NCBI GenBank assembly: GCA_038230375.1
Contig: JBBRNJ010000039.1
Span: 1 to 64,000, forward strand
Direction: 5' to 3'
Length of the DNA: 64,000 nt
Source of the DNA: Polyangiales bacterium
Lineage (GTDB): Bacteria; Myxococcota_A; Polyangia; Polyangiales; Polyangiaceae
Shown here: positions 11,666 through 22,254 of the stretch, in pieces
Layout of the letters: each line of letters begins with the position of its first letter
How positions within the stretch are numbered: the first letter of the stretch is position 1
Notes under the pieces: model-generated
Databases searched by the model: none
Seen by the model: only the letters and a program-made list of their open reading frames with translations
Told to the model about the DNA's origin: nothing
Made by a program: the position numbers and the translations under genes

Positions 11666-12478
11666 ATGGGCGAGCTCACCTGCGTCACGCTCAACATCTG
11701 GAATCGCTTCGGCCCGTGGGAGGAGCGTCTGCCGCGCATCAGGGACGGGCTCCGCGCGCTCGACGCGGACATCATCGGCCTGCAAGAGGTGCTGGTGATG
11801 CCGGAGTCGGGGATCGATCAGAACGAGCTCATCTCGAACCAGCTCGCCCAGCACCACGTTGCATGGTTCAAGTGCAGCAAGAACCCGCACCCCGTCGGTA
11901 ACTCCATCCTGAGCCGCTGGCCGATCAAGGACTCCGCCTCGTTCGATCTGGACGACGGCGGCACGAGCGAGCACCGGGTCTTGGTCTACGCGCTGCTCGA
12001 CACTCCGCACGGAGATGTCCCGGTCTTCGTCACGCACCTGAACTGGCGGCTGGACCAGGGACACGTCCGCATCCTGCAGGTGAAGGAGGTTGCCGCCATC
12101 ATCGCGATCAAGGCGCCACAGACCGGGTTTCCGCCCATCGTGATGGGTGACTTCAACGCGGAGCCCGACTCGGACGAGATGCGCTACATGCGCGGGCTCA
12201 CGGGCCTGGGCGAGCGATGCGTGCACTTTACAGATTGTTTCGGCGCCACGCGCGCGGCCACGGGCGAGCAGGATCCGCATGGCTACACCTTCTCGCGCGA
12301 CAACCCTTTCGCGCTGGTGTGCCACGAGCCGAACCGCCGCATCGACTACGTCTTCGTGCGCGGCCCCGACGACCGCGGCCGCGGCGAGCCGCTCGCCTCT
12401 CGCGTGTGCATGAACCAGGCGACAGACGGCGTGCACCCGAGCGACCACTACGGTGTATGGGCGAAAATCACAGCATGA
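11666..12478 (+). CDS. Endonuclease/exonuclease/phosphatase (EEP) family protein
   Basis: TLNIW, GLQEV, THL, GDFNA, RIDYVF, SDH motifs. Confidence 0.9.
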   Translation: MGELTCVTLNIWNRFGPWEERLPRIRDGLRALDADIIGLQEVLVMPESGIDQNELISNQLAQHHVAWFKCSKNPHPVGNSILSRWPIKDSASFDLDDGGTSEHRVLVYALLDTPHGDVPVFVTHLNWRLDQGHVRILQVKEVAAIIAIKAPQTGFPPIVMGDFNAEPDSDEMRYMRGLTGLGERCVHFTDCFGATRAATGEQDPHGYTFSRDNPFALVCHEPNRRIDYVFVRGPDDRGRGEPLASRVCMNQATDGVHPSDHYGVWAKITA

Positions 12479-14385
12479 ACAAGCGATCCCGGTTCCGGCT
12501 CGGCGCAGCGCTGTGCAGTCTGTTTGCTCTGACAACCGTGGGCACCGCTGCGCGCGCGGAGGACCTTGCACCGCCCGCGCCTCCGCCCACCTCCAACATG
12601 GAGCTCTCCGCGTACGAGCAGGAGACGCTGCGCCTGGGCCTCGCCAAGTTCGAGGAGGTGATCGAGCCCGCGGCGGAGGGGAAGCCCATCGAGCGCATCG
12701 ACGTCGTCAGCCTGGACGTGTTCGAGGATCGCGACGTGATGCCCAAGGCAGCGGAGGAGCGGCCCTGGGCGAAGAAGACGCTCACCACGTCGCGCAACAT
12801 CGCCAACTCGGTCCACTGGACGTCTCGCGACTTCACGATCCGGCGCGAGGTGCTGTTCTCGGTCGGCGACCCCTACAAGCGGATCCTCGCGGAAGAAACG
12901 GCACGAAACCTTCGCTCGCTCTCGCAGCTATCAGCCGTCGTCATTGTTCCGGTGAAGTCGAAGACGTCCCCCGACAAGATCCGCGTCCTCGTGATCACCA
13001 AAGACGTGTGGAGCCTTCGCCTCAACTGGAACCTTGCCTTCGGCAACGGGAAGATCTCCCAGCTGACGTTCCAGCCGCAGGAGCGCAACGTCCTTGGCCT
13101 TCACCACACGGCCAGCACGCTGTTCGATCTCCTGCCGCTCTCCTACACGCTCGGCGTGGGATACAGCGTGCCGCGCTTTGGCACCACGCGCATCGGCGCG
13201 GGCACGTCCGCGAGCCTGGTCATGAACCGCGAGACCGGCAAGCCGGAGGGCGCTGGTCTTGGCGCGAGCGTCGGCCAGCCTCTCTTCTCCGCACAGACGG
13301 AGTGGGCGTGGGCCGCGTCCGCGTCGTACGCCAACGCGGTCACACGGCGCTACGTCAACGGTGAGCTCGGTGCGTTCGACTCCACGACCACCAAGGCCGT
13401 CGACAACATCCCGTTCGAGTACCGCTCACAGAGCACCACGGAGTCCGCAGGCGTCACGCGCAGCTTTGGCTGGGAGAACAAGTTCGACATCACGTTCGGC
13501 GCCGGCGTCAGCACGTCCAAGTACAATACCGTCGACGACCTCTCCAAGTTCGACCCGAAGGCCGTGACGGACTTCATGCGCTTCGTCCCGGTAGGCGAGA
13601 CCCGCGTGGGCCCCGCCGTCACGTTCCAGGCGTACACCACGCGCTTCCATGCGATGCACGACTTCGGATCGCTCGCCCTCGAAGAGGACTATCGCCTGGG
13701 TCACAACGTCATCCTGAAGCTCTACCGCGCGAACAAGGAGCTCGGCTCCACGCGCGACGTGGCCGGCAGCTCGGGCGCCATGCAGTACACCGTCCCGCTG
13801 GGCGACGGCATCGCGCGCGGCAGCGTGGAGGGCTTCGCCGAGCAAGACATGACCCCCGGTCAGGAGCGCATCCGCGACGCTGCGATGTCCGCGTCACTGA
13901 AGCTCGTCACCCCGCGCATCCGTTTCGGTCGCTTCGTGTTCGACTCCACCATCAGCGATCGCGAGCGCAACTACCTCAACTCCACATCGTACCTGGGCGG
14001 CTCCGGTCGCCTCCGTGGCTACCCCACCAGCTACTACTTCGGGAAGGACTTCTATGTGTCCAACCTGGAGTTCCGCTCGCGGCCCATCTCCCTGCTCACC
14101 GCGCAGGTCGGCGGCGTGCTCTTCCACGACATGGGCGACGCGTTCAGCGACTTCGACTCGCTCCATCTGAAGCACTCGGTCGGCGGCGGTATCCGCGTCC
14201 TGTTTCCGGAGCTCGATCGCGCCGTGTTCCGTCTGGACATCGCGGTGCCCCTCACCACCCCGAACCTCTCCACAAGAGACTACTCCGCGTGCTCACCAGC
14301 GGGCGTCGCCTGCAAGAAGCTGGACCCGGTGACGTACTTCGTCACCTTCGGCCAGGCCTTCGATTTCACGAGCATAGCCCCATGA
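12475..14385 (+). CDS. Omp85/BamA-TamA family outer membrane protein
   Basis: ATGA overlap with the EEP gene, signal peptide, POTRA-like IRREVLF..ETARNLR, loop RLRGY, terminal FGQAF. Confidence 0.8.
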   Translation: MNKRSRFRLGAALCSLFALTTVGTAARAEDLAPPAPPPTSNMELSAYEQETLRLGLAKFEEVIEPAAEGKPIERIDVVSLDVFEDRDVMPKAAEERPWAKKTLTTSRNIANSVHWTSRDFTIRREVLFSVGDPYKRILAEETARNLRSLSQLSAVVIVPVKSKTSPDKIRVLVITKDVWSLRLNWNLAFGNGKISQLTFQPQERNVLGLHHTASTLFDLLPLSYTLGVGYSVPRFGTTRIGAGTSASLVMNRETGKPEGAGLGASVGQPLFSAQTEWAWAASASYANAVTRRYVNGELGAFDSTTTKAVDNIPFEYRSQSTTESAGVTRSFGWENKFDITFGAGVSTSKYNTVDDLSKFDPKAVTDFMRFVPVGETRVGPAVTFQAYTTRFHAMHDFGSLALEEDYRLGHNVILKLYRANKELGSTRDVAGSSGAMQYTVPLGDGIARGSVEGFAEQDMTPGQERIRDAAMSASLKLVTPRIRFGRFVFDSTISDRERNYLNSTSYLGGSGRLRGYPTSYYFGKDFYVSNLEFRSRPISLLTAQVGGVLFHDMGDAFSDFDSLHLKHSVGGGIRVLFPELDRAVFRLDIAVPLTTPNLSTRDYSACSPAGVACKKLDPVTYFVTFGQAFDFTSIAP

Positions 14386-14417
14386 AAAGCCGGTAACATG
14401 GGTCCCCGGAAGGTAGG

Positions 14418-16187
14418 GTGGGCGTGAGCGAGGCGCGGAGGGTCGAGTTCTTCAAGCTGTCCCGCGCCATTCAGGACAGGTTCGTCGGCTCGGCCGGCAA
14501 CGTGTTCGCGCCGCTGCCGCTCCTTTTCCAGCACGCCACGCCGAAGACCCCTCTCTACTGGGCTGGCGCGAGCGTCGTGTCGCTCGTGGCGCTCGTGGTC
14601 GTGGCCCGGACCGGTTACGGCGATCTCGCGAGCGGGCTGTCGTGGCACGGATTCGTGGCGTGCATCGAGTACATCCTGCTCATCGCGGGCGTGATCGGGT
14701 GTGCGGTGCGCGCGGTGCACCTGCGGAAGCGCATCACGCAGCTCCCGTACAGGCCGGGTATCTACACGTTCCCCATGTGCCTCGTGGACGCGCGTTCGGA
14801 GAAGTTCGACGTCGTCGACATGAACACCCTCGTTGCCGCAACGGCGATGCAGGGGCCCGTAGCAAAGGTGCTCCTCCAGTTCCAGAACGGCCGCAAGATC
14901 GAGATCCCGGTCGACAACGCGCAGGCAGCCGAGGCCGCCGTTCTCACCATCAACGGCAACAAGGAGGAGGTCCGCGCCGCGATCGAGCGCAACGATCCCG
15001 GCGAGCTTGTCTCGCTCGATCCGCTGCACCAGCCCCGCTTCTCCAGCCCGGTCGCCCCGCGCGACGCGTACGCGGCCTATGCGCCGCCGTGGGCAAAATT
15101 CTTCTTCGCGATCGGCCTTGGCGTGGGCGTCGTCGTCGGTCCCGTCATGTGGCTCGCGCGGAACTCCGGCAGCGACACGCGGATGTACAAGACCGCATCC
15201 AGGGCGAACGACGTGGACTCGTACAAGGCGTATCTCGCCCACGGCAAAGCGCACTCGGACGAGGTGCGCGACATCTTGCTCCCGCGCGCGGAGCTGCAGA
15301 TCGCCATCGCGCAGAACACGCCCGAAGCCCTGCTCGCATACATCTCGTCCCATCCAGACTCCAAGGTCAAGCCCGAGGTGGACGCTGCCCTCCGCACCGC
15401 GCTGCTCGCTGCTCTCGCGGATGCCAAGAAGTCAGGCACGCTCGCCGCGCTCGGGTCGTTCGCAACGAAGTACGGCGCGCAGAAGTCGTACGTGCAGAAG
15501 GAGCTCGCCGCCTCCATGCACGACGTCTACGCGCGCGAGCTCGCGGCGTACCTTGCCAGGGCACCCACAAAGGACAAAGCCGTCGCGCCCTTCATCGAGA
15601 AGCTCTTCGCGTGGGCAGAGGCGCACGGCCCGAGCGTGGAGATCAAGGCGCGTCGCCGCACGAACTCCAACCTGGACAAGGCCGACAAGTTCCTCGAGAA
15701 GGTGCCCACGTTCATGGGGCAGGTCTCGTACCCCACGCGCTACTTCGACACGGCGCACTCGCAGAAGCGCGAGGTCGCTGCCATGGGCGTGTTCGCGGAC
15801 AAGCTCTCGGGCGTGTTCTCGAAGGAGCTGATCGAGTTCAAGCTCGCCGGCGAAGGCCCTGACCCCACGCAGCCCGTACCGGCGTTCACGGTGCCCACGC
15901 TGCTCATCACGCACGTGGAGGACTGGTCCACGCTCACCTACGAGACCAAGGTGCCGCGCGGCTGCTTCGTCGGCATCATCTACCACTTCGAGGTGGAGTT
16001 CTATCTGCCGGGCGACGCGAAGCCGTACAAGTGGAAGCAGGACATCGGCAAGGGCGCGCCGCTCGGCATCCTGGACAAGGCCGGGGAAGGCAGCAACGAA
16101 GACCGCCTCTACGAATCCATGTCCACGGACACGTTCAAGGTGATGGAAGACCGCTACCTGGCGACCATCATCCCCGCAGAGAAGTAG
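14418..16187 (+). CDS. Hypothetical membrane protein
   Basis: 589-aa ORF, GC3-rich, two N-terminal TM segments plus a third, helical repeats (YKAYLAHG, YISSHPDS). Confidence 0.75.
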   Translation: MGVSEARRVEFFKLSRAIQDRFVGSAGNVFAPLPLLFQHATPKTPLYWAGASVVSLVALVVVARTGYGDLASGLSWHGFVACIEYILLIAGVIGCAVRAVHLRKRITQLPYRPGIYTFPMCLVDARSEKFDVVDMNTLVAATAMQGPVAKVLLQFQNGRKIEIPVDNAQAAEAAVLTINGNKEEVRAAIERNDPGELVSLDPLHQPRFSSPVAPRDAYAAYAPPWAKFFFAIGLGVGVVVGPVMWLARNSGSDTRMYKTASRANDVDSYKAYLAHGKAHSDEVRDILLPRAELQIAIAQNTPEALLAYISSHPDSKVKPEVDAALRTALLAALADAKKSGTLAALGSFATKYGAQKSYVQKELAASMHDVYARELAAYLARAPTKDKAVAPFIEKLFAWAEAHGPSVEIKARRRTNSNLDKADKFLEKVPTFMGQVSYPTRYFDTAHSQKREVAAMGVFADKLSGVFSKELIEFKLAGEGPDPTQPVPAFTVPTLLITHVEDWSTLTYETKVPRGCFVGIIYHFEVEFYLPGDAKPYKWKQDIGKGAPLGILDKAGEGSNEDRLYESMSTDTFKVMEDRYLATIIPAEK

Positions 16188-16578
16188 CTCGCGGCGCTAC
16201 CGCTGGGCCACAAGCGCTCAGCACTGGCGGAGGAGCAAGACTCCGATCAGCAGGACGGTCAGTGAGCCTCCGAAGGCCAGGAAGATCGTCACGTAGAATG
16301 GGCGGTGTGGTGCTGCGTGTGGAGGCCCTGACCGCCCCAAGGTCAGATGCGACGAGCTGCACGGACCTGTCCGTGTTGCAGAGCGAGCAACGGTGCGCCT
16401 GCTGCTTCACCGGAAGTGGGTAGGGCGTCCCGTACTGCCAGCCCGGCGCGGCCTCCTCGAGCGCCAGGTTGGCGACGCCAACGCACTCCTCGCACATGGA
16501 CGATGCCTCGCCAGCGACGAGCACAATCACATGCTCGAGCACCTTCCCGCAGAACGAACACGCGCCCTCGTGCAGCAC
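16168..16578 (-). CDS. ClpX-type C4 zinc-finger protein, probably disrupted at the 3' end
   Basis: CSFCGK..LVAG..MCEECV; second half-finger CSLC lacks its partner CxxC. Confidence 0.6.
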   Translation of the reverse strand: MLHEGACSFCGKVLEHVIVLVAGEASSMCEECVGVANLALEEAAPGWQYGTPYPLPVKQQAHRCSLCNTDRSVQLVASDLGAVRASTRSTTPPILRDDLPGLRRLTDRPADRSLAPPPVLSACGPAVAPRATSLRG

Positions 16579-16583
16579 GCGAC

Positions 16584-18752
16584 CTAGTGGTTCGCGAGAA
16601 ACGCTTTGTATGCGTCGCGTGTCGGCGGGCGGCCGAGGAAGTGCTCCACGAGTTTGTCGCCGTCATCGCTGCCGCCAGGCGCGAGCACGAAGTCGCGGTA
16701 TTCGGTCGCGGTCTTGTGGTCGAACATGCCGTTCTTCTTGAAGCGCGTGAAGAGGTCCTGCGCGAGCGAGAGCGCCCACTGATAGCCGTAGTAGCCGGCG
16801 TCGTAGCCGACCAGGTGTCCGAACGTCGCCTGGAAGTGTGTACCTTCCACGTATTTGAAAGGCACGTATGCGGTCTGCACCTCGGCGAGGACCTGGGTGG
16901 TGTCGAAGCCTGGATCGCGCGTGTGGTACGTCTGGTCCAGCGCGGCCAGGAACAGCTGTCGCGACGTGGCGAGCGATACACCGAAGCTCCGCGCGCGCGT
17001 CATGGCCGCGTGCAGCTTTTCGGGGAGCGGTGCGCCCGTCTCGTGGTGCTTCGCGAACTTCGCGAGCGAGTCCTTGGACCACGCCCATTCCTCCAGCATC
17101 TGCGAAGGCGCCTCGACGAAGTCGCGCTCGACAGCGGTGCCCGCATAGCTGGAGAGCTCGGCGGTGGAGAGCAGGTGGTGCAGCACGTGGCCGAACTCGT
17201 GGAAGAACGTGACCACGTCCTGATGGCTCATCAGCGCCGGCGTGCCAGTGCCCGGCTTCGGGAAGTTGCACACGATGGAGGCGATGGGCACGAGCCGCGA
17301 GCCATCGTTCATCTTCTTGGTGGGGCGGATGCTGAAGACCGCGGCGTGCTTGTACTTGCCCTCACGCGGGTACAGATCGAAGAAGAAACGCCCGAGCTCC
17401 TTGCCGGTGGCAGCGTCGGACACGCGCAGCGCCTCCACGTCACCGTGCCATCGCGGCGCGGCCTCGGTGGAGAGCACCTCGTATTTGATGCCAAACAGCT
17501 CGCTCGTGATGTCGAGCAAACCCTGCTTCACGCGGCCGATCTCGAAGTACTGGCTCACCTCCTTGGAGTCCAGGCCGTACTTCTCCTGCCGCAGCCGGTC
17601 TTCCAGGTAGGAGCGATCCGCGAACGTGAGCGGCTCATCCTTCTTGCCGCCCAGCTTCTCGTGCATGCGGTGGAACTCCGTCATCTCCTCCGCAGCGCGC
17701 GCCTTCACGAAGCCGCGCAGATCTTCCAGGAACGCCGCCACGGTCTTGCTGCTCTTCGCCATGCGCGGCTCCAGCACGTAGTCTGCCCACGTGGGGTAAC
17801 CGAGCAGCTTCGCCTTCTCCTTGCGAAGCAGGAGCAGCTTCTCCAGGACCTTCACGTTCTTGTCTGCCGCGCGGTTGTCGAACAGCTTGTAGAGCTCGAA
17901 GGCGACCTTCCGGTTCTTTGCATACTGCATGAATGGAAAGTAGTCGGGGTAGTCGGTGGTGATCTTCACCTTGCCGTCCGCGCCCGCCTTGTGCGAGTCC
18001 ACGTAGCCCTGCGGCAGACCCGCCATGTCCTTCGGCTCCACCATGAGCGAGAGCGTGGAGTCGGCCAGGTTTGTGTCGAAGTCCTGCGACTCCTTCGTGA
18101 GCGTCTCGTTCAGCTCGCGCAGGCGCGCCTGCCCCGCTTCCGGGAGCTCCAGGCCGTTCCGGCGGAAGTCGCGGAGCGTGTGGTCAAGGAGGCGCTTCTG
18201 ATCGGGCGCGAGCTTGGGGCTCGTCTTCGCGTAGCGAGAGATCACGCGCGCGAGCTTTGCGTTCAAAAAAAGCTCAGTGCCAAACTTGTCCACCTTGGGC
18301 TCGCAGCCCTTCGCCGCCTCGCGCACGGCCGCGTCTGGACTCGCAACAGAGATGAGCGCGGGAAAATCCGACGCATTGCGCACGGCCAGGTTCAGCTCGT
18401 CGAACTTGCCCAGCACCGCCGCATACGTGAGCTTGTCGTCCGTCCCGCCGTCCAGCGTGACGATCTCTGTGAGCAGCGCGTCCGCCTTGTTCAGGCTCTC
18501 GTCGCAGAGACGGATGATGCCGTCCTTCGTGAGGCCAATGGTCGTGGGGTCGGTGTCCGTGGGGAGCATCTTCTTCTCTTGGGCTTTTGCGGTTGCAGAG
18601 GCAAGGGGCGTGGCGTCGCTCTTGATCGCGCGCAGCAGCGGGCGAGAGGGAGAGTCCTCCATCCTGGGAGGAGCCTCCGCCGGCCCGCATGCCGAGACGG
18701 TGAGGGCCGCGAGCATGTAGAGCGCGAGGTGGGCGCGGCGCGCTCCCGACAT
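16584..18752 (-). CDS. M3 family (thimet oligopeptidase-like) metallopeptidase, probable lipoprotein
   Basis: FFHEFGHVLH, DFVEAPSQMLE, DLYPREGKYKH, GYDAGYYGY; lipobox VSAC. Confidence 0.92.
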   Translation of the reverse strand: MSGARRAHLALYMLAALTVSACGPAEAPPRMEDSPSRPLLRAIKSDATPLASATAKAQEKKMLPTDTDPTTIGLTKDGIIRLCDESLNKADALLTEIVTLDGGTDDKLTYAAVLGKFDELNLAVRNASDFPALISVASPDAAVREAAKGCEPKVDKFGTELFLNAKLARVISRYAKTSPKLAPDQKRLLDHTLRDFRRNGLELPEAGQARLRELNETLTKESQDFDTNLADSTLSLMVEPKDMAGLPQGYVDSHKAGADGKVKITTDYPDYFPFMQYAKNRKVAFELYKLFDNRAADKNVKVLEKLLLLRKEKAKLLGYPTWADYVLEPRMAKSSKTVAAFLEDLRGFVKARAAEEMTEFHRMHEKLGGKKDEPLTFADRSYLEDRLRQEKYGLDSKEVSQYFEIGRVKQGLLDITSELFGIKYEVLSTEAAPRWHGDVEALRVSDAATGKELGRFFFDLYPREGKYKHAAVFSIRPTKKMNDGSRLVPIASIVCNFPKPGTGTPALMSHQDVVTFFHEFGHVLHHLLSTAELSSYAGTAVERDFVEAPSQMLEEWAWSKDSLAKFAKHHETGAPLPEKLHAAMTRARSFGVSLATSRQLFLAALDQTYHTRDPGFDTTQVLAEVQTAYVPFKYVEGTHFQATFGHLVGYDAGYYGYQWALSLAQDLFTRFKKNGMFDHKTATEYRDFVLAPGGSDDGDKLVEHFLGRPPTRDAYKAFLANH

Positions 18753-18795
18753 CAGAGAGGTTCCGCTGGTTCGGGGTCGCATTGCGGCGAGGATG

Positions 18796-21700
18796 CTACA
18801 CGAGGAGCAGCACGCCCGTGGCCGGTTTTCCGGTCTCCCGGGACAGGGCCGCGGCATAGAGCCGTAGCTGCCGCTCGTAGTCCTCACGAGCACCACCAAT
18901 GTCCACGTCGGTCTTGTAGTCGATCACGCACAGACCCTCGGCGTCCACGAACGCAAGGTCGCACGCGCCCTCCACCAGGGTGCCATCCTCGATGCGGAGC
19001 GCGAGCGGCGTCTCGCGGAACACCTGCGCGCTCTTCTTGGCGCGCAACAGCAGCGGGTGCGTGAGCGTCTTCGTCACGGAGACCGTCGCGGCCTCCACCT
19101 CGGCGGGGGTCGCCGCAAGCATGCGCCCGCACAGCTCGGCGACCTTGCCAATGTCCTTCTTCGACGCGTCGACCGGTAGCGTGGCGAGCATCTCGTGTAC
19201 GAGTGTGCCGAAGCGCGCGCCGCGAGGCCTGTCCGCGCCGCCCTCGTCACGTGACGACGCCACCGTGATCGGTATCGCGAGGACCTGGGCAGGCAGCGCG
19301 ACGGTGCGCCGCTTCGTCACGGTGGTGGTGACAAGCCGCGGAACGCTCGCGCGCGCGACCGCGTCGTCGTGTGCCGCCGCCCACGCCGCATGCTGATCCA
19401 CGCTGGAGGTGGCGACCACGCCTTCCTTGTCGGCGGCCAGGATCTTCTGCTGGCGCATGCCGACCTCGTCCTCCTTGTCCAGGTCGAGCGCGTGCGGGTC
19501 CCAGAACACCACCTTGGAGTCACCAAGCTCCGGCTCGTGCACGCCGGGACGCACGCTCATCGACTCGTAGCCGCGCGCCTTCGCAGGACGCTCGAGCACT
19601 GAATCGCCAGAAAAATCAGGCGCGCCAGCGAGCGGAGTGGACGCGCGCTCGCGCCCGCGCTTCGGATAGATGACCGGGTAGAGCGGAGACAGCCACCATG
19701 TGCTCTCTCCGCGTTCGTCGCCCACGACGGGGACGATCAACATCTCTCGCGCGCGGGTCGCCGCGACATAGAGCAGCCGGTCGGACTCGAACGCGTCCTC
19801 TTCCAGGATGCGCTCCCTGTTCTCGGAGAGCTCCAGCGGAACGCAGCCGGCAAGCTGCGTGGCGAACAACCCGCGCTCTGCATTCACGTATCGCGACGGC
19901 TCACGCTGCGTGGCTGGCGCCGCAGGATCCGCCAGGATCACCACCGGGAACTCGAGCCCCTTCGAGCGGTGCACGGTCATCATGCGCACGCCGTCGGACG
20001 TCTCCTCGACCACGGGTGCGTCCTCCGCGTTGCCACTCGTGAGCTGGTCACCCAGGTAGAGCACGAACGCGCGGAAGCTCCGCGGACGCTGGCGCTCGAA
20101 GCGGCGCGCAATGTCCATCATGCGCAGCGTGTTCGCCAGTGCCTGCTCGCCCGCGGGCCAGAACGCCAGCGCGGCGTGGGCGCGGGTCTTCGCAAGGAAC
20201 GTGCGGATGGTCTCCGCGAATGGCAGCTTGTTGCGGCTCTTGTGGAGCATGCGCAAGAGGCCCATGGCGTCAGCCACGGGGCGCGTGAACGGAGTGACGT
20301 CCTCGTCCTTCACGGTCCGGAACGGATGCAGGCCGAACTTGTGCTTGTACGCGAGGATCTCCGCGTCCGTCAGGGCTACGAACGGACCCCGCAGCGTCGC
20401 GTAGACGGAGAGCTCGTCGTCGGGCCACTCCATCGCGGTGAGCGCGGCGACCATGGCAGACACCTCTTCGCGCAAGAAGAAGCTGCGGCCGCCGACCAGC
20501 GCATGCGGGATTCGCCGCGTCTCGAGCGCGCGCACGTACGGCCGCGTTCGATCGCCATCCATCGATTGAAGGCGCTTGAACAGGATGCAGATGTGCCGCG
20601 CCGCCAGTGGCACGCGCACGCCGGAAGCCTCCTCCACCGTGTAGCCGCTCTTTCGGGTCAGCCAATCGATGTAGGCGCCCACCGCGTCCGGGAGTGACTC
20701 CTCGATCTTCCAGGACACGATCTTTCCCCAGTCCGAGTACGGCCGCGGAACCGGCAACGCAACCAGGGTGGGATGGTCCGGCTCGCTCTTGAAAGGGGAG
20801 AGCGGCACGTACGTCGCCTGTCCGGGCTGCCCCACCATGCGCTGCGCGAACGCGGTGTTCACCGCGCGCTGGATGGAAGGCGAGCTGCGGAAGCTGGTGG
20901 TGAGGTTCAGGACCTCCGCGCCCTTTGTGACCAGGTGCTTCTTCACGCGCTCGTACAGGGCGACGTCGGCGCGGCGGAAGCGATAGATCGACTGCTTCGG
21001 ATCGCCGACGACGAACAGCTTGCCCGGCGCGGGATCCACGGCAAACGCGTCCGTGCCCTCCGCGCGCGTGCCCGAGAGGAAGAGCAGGATCTCTGCTTGC
21101 AGCGGGTCGGTGTCCTGGAACTCGTCCACGAGCAGGTGCGAAAAGCGCGACATGAGCTCCTCACGCACCACGAGATCATCGCGCACGAGGTCGCGTGTCT
21201 TCACGAGGAGGTCGCGGAAATCCAGACGCCCCGCGCGCGCCTTGCGACGCTCATACTTCTCCGTCACCACCGAGAGCTCGGTGAACAGACACGCCGCCAG
21301 GTCTGCATCCAGGCGAACGACCAGCGCATCGAGCGCGATCTTGAGCGCGTCACGCTCGTTCGCGACGTCCTGACGAAGCACGCCCTCGCGAAGGAACTTG
21401 CCGGAGCCCTTCCATGTCCAGGACTTCAGGCGTGAGATCGTCTTGAGCTCCGACTCCAGCCCGTCGTAGTCGCGCTTCTTCTGCACGTCCTCGCGCCGGA
21501 GGATCTCGGCGACCGCATTGCCGATCTCGTGCAGGTTCACCACCAGGAAATTCGGCGGCTCCGTCTTCGGTAGGCCCACGCCGTAGTCGGCCAGCTTGCG
21601 CAGGCGCTCCAGCATCGCGTCGACCGCGGCCTTGCGGTCGAACGGCTCGCGCTTCCACGGAGTCGGGAAATCGCGCGCGTCCGTGAGCTTGAAGCCCGCG

Positions 21701-22254
21701 GACTCCAGCATGCCGCGCGGTCCATCGGAGCCGCGCTCGCGCGTGCGCCGCCGCAGGATGCGACGCAGACCCTCGCCGGGCGACTCCAGCGACTCCTGGA
21801 ACCACAGGTCGAAGCACTCGCCGTACAGCGCGCGTGCCTCGTCGTCTGGGGCGACCTCGAACAGCGGGTCCACGCGGGCCTCCACCGGGCGCTCGCGAAG
21901 GATGTCCGCGCAGAAGCCGTGGATGGTGCCGATGCGCGCCTCCTCCAGCTCTCGCAACGCCTGTACCAAGCGCGCCACGATCGCGGGCTCCTTCTCGGCC
22001 TCCTTGCGCCGGTCGAGCTCCGTGCGCAGGCGCAGCTTCATCTCGCCCGCGGCCTTCTCGGTGAACGTCACACACGCGATCTGGGAAAGGTGCGCGCGAC
22101 CGGCGCAGATGAGCGCAACGATGCGCGCGATCGCCTCCGTGGTCTTCCCCGTCCCCGCTGCGGCCTCCACGACCAGCGTCCTGTCGAACGCGGTACGGAT
22201 CGCGTCGCGCTCTCTCTGGTCCACCAGCACGGGCCTGTCACCTTGCGTCGTCAT
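18796..22254 (-). CDS. addA: AddA/RecB-like UvrD helicase with C-terminal PD-(D/E)XK nuclease
   Basis: AAAGTGKT, DEFQDT, GDPKQSIYRFR, TVHRSKGLEF, YVAATRA, GACDL..IDYKT; ATGA overlap with the upstream gene. Confidence 0.9.
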   Translation of the reverse strand: MTTQGDRPVLVDQRERDAIRTAFDRTLVVEAAAGTGKTTEAIARIVALICAGRAHLSQIACVTFTEKAAGEMKLRLRTELDRRKEAEKEPAIVARLVQALRELEEARIGTIHGFCADILRERPVEARVDPLFEVAPDDEARALYGECFDLWFQESLESPGEGLRRILRRRTRERGSDGPRGMLESAGFKLTDARDFPTPWKREPFDRKAAVDAMLERLRKLADYGVGLPKTEPPNFLVVNLHEIGNAVAEILRREDVQKKRDYDGLESELKTISRLKSWTWKGSGKFLREGVLRQDVANERDALKIALDALVVRLDADLAACLFTELSVVTEKYERRKARAGRLDFRDLLVKTRDLVRDDLVVREELMSRFSHLLVDEFQDTDPLQAEILLFLSGTRAEGTDAFAVDPAPGKLFVVGDPKQSIYRFRRADVALYERVKKHLVTKGAEVLNLTTSFRSSPSIQRAVNTAFAQRMVGQPGQATYVPLSPFKSEPDHPTLVALPVPRPYSDWGKIVSWKIEESLPDAVGAYIDWLTRKSGYTVEEASGVRVPLAARHICILFKRLQSMDGDRTRPYVRALETRRIPHALVGGRSFFLREEVSAMVAALTAMEWPDDELSVYATLRGPFVALTDAEILAYKHKFGLHPFRTVKDEDVTPFTRPVADAMGLLRMLHKSRNKLPFAETIRTFLAKTRAHAALAFWPAGEQALANTLRMMDIARRFERQRPRSFRAFVLYLGDQLTSGNAEDAPVVEETSDGVRMMTVHRSKGLEFPVVILADPAAPATQREPSRYVNAERGLFATQLAGCVPLELSENRERILEEDAFESDRLLYVAATRAREMLIVPVVGDERGESTWWLSPLYPVIYPKRGRERASTPLAGAPDFSGDSVLERPAKARGYESMSVRPGVHEPELGDSKVVFWDPHALDLDKEDEVGMRQQKILAADKEGVVATSSVDQHAAWAAAHDDAVARASVPRLVTTTVTKRRTVALPAQVLAIPITVASSRDEGGADRPRGARFGTLVHEMLATLPVDASKKDIGKVAELCGRMLAATPAEVEAATVSVTKTLTHPLLLRAKKSAQVFRETPLALRIEDGTLVEGACDLAFVDAEGLCVIDYKTDVDIGGAREDYERQLRLYAAALSRETGKPATGVLLLV

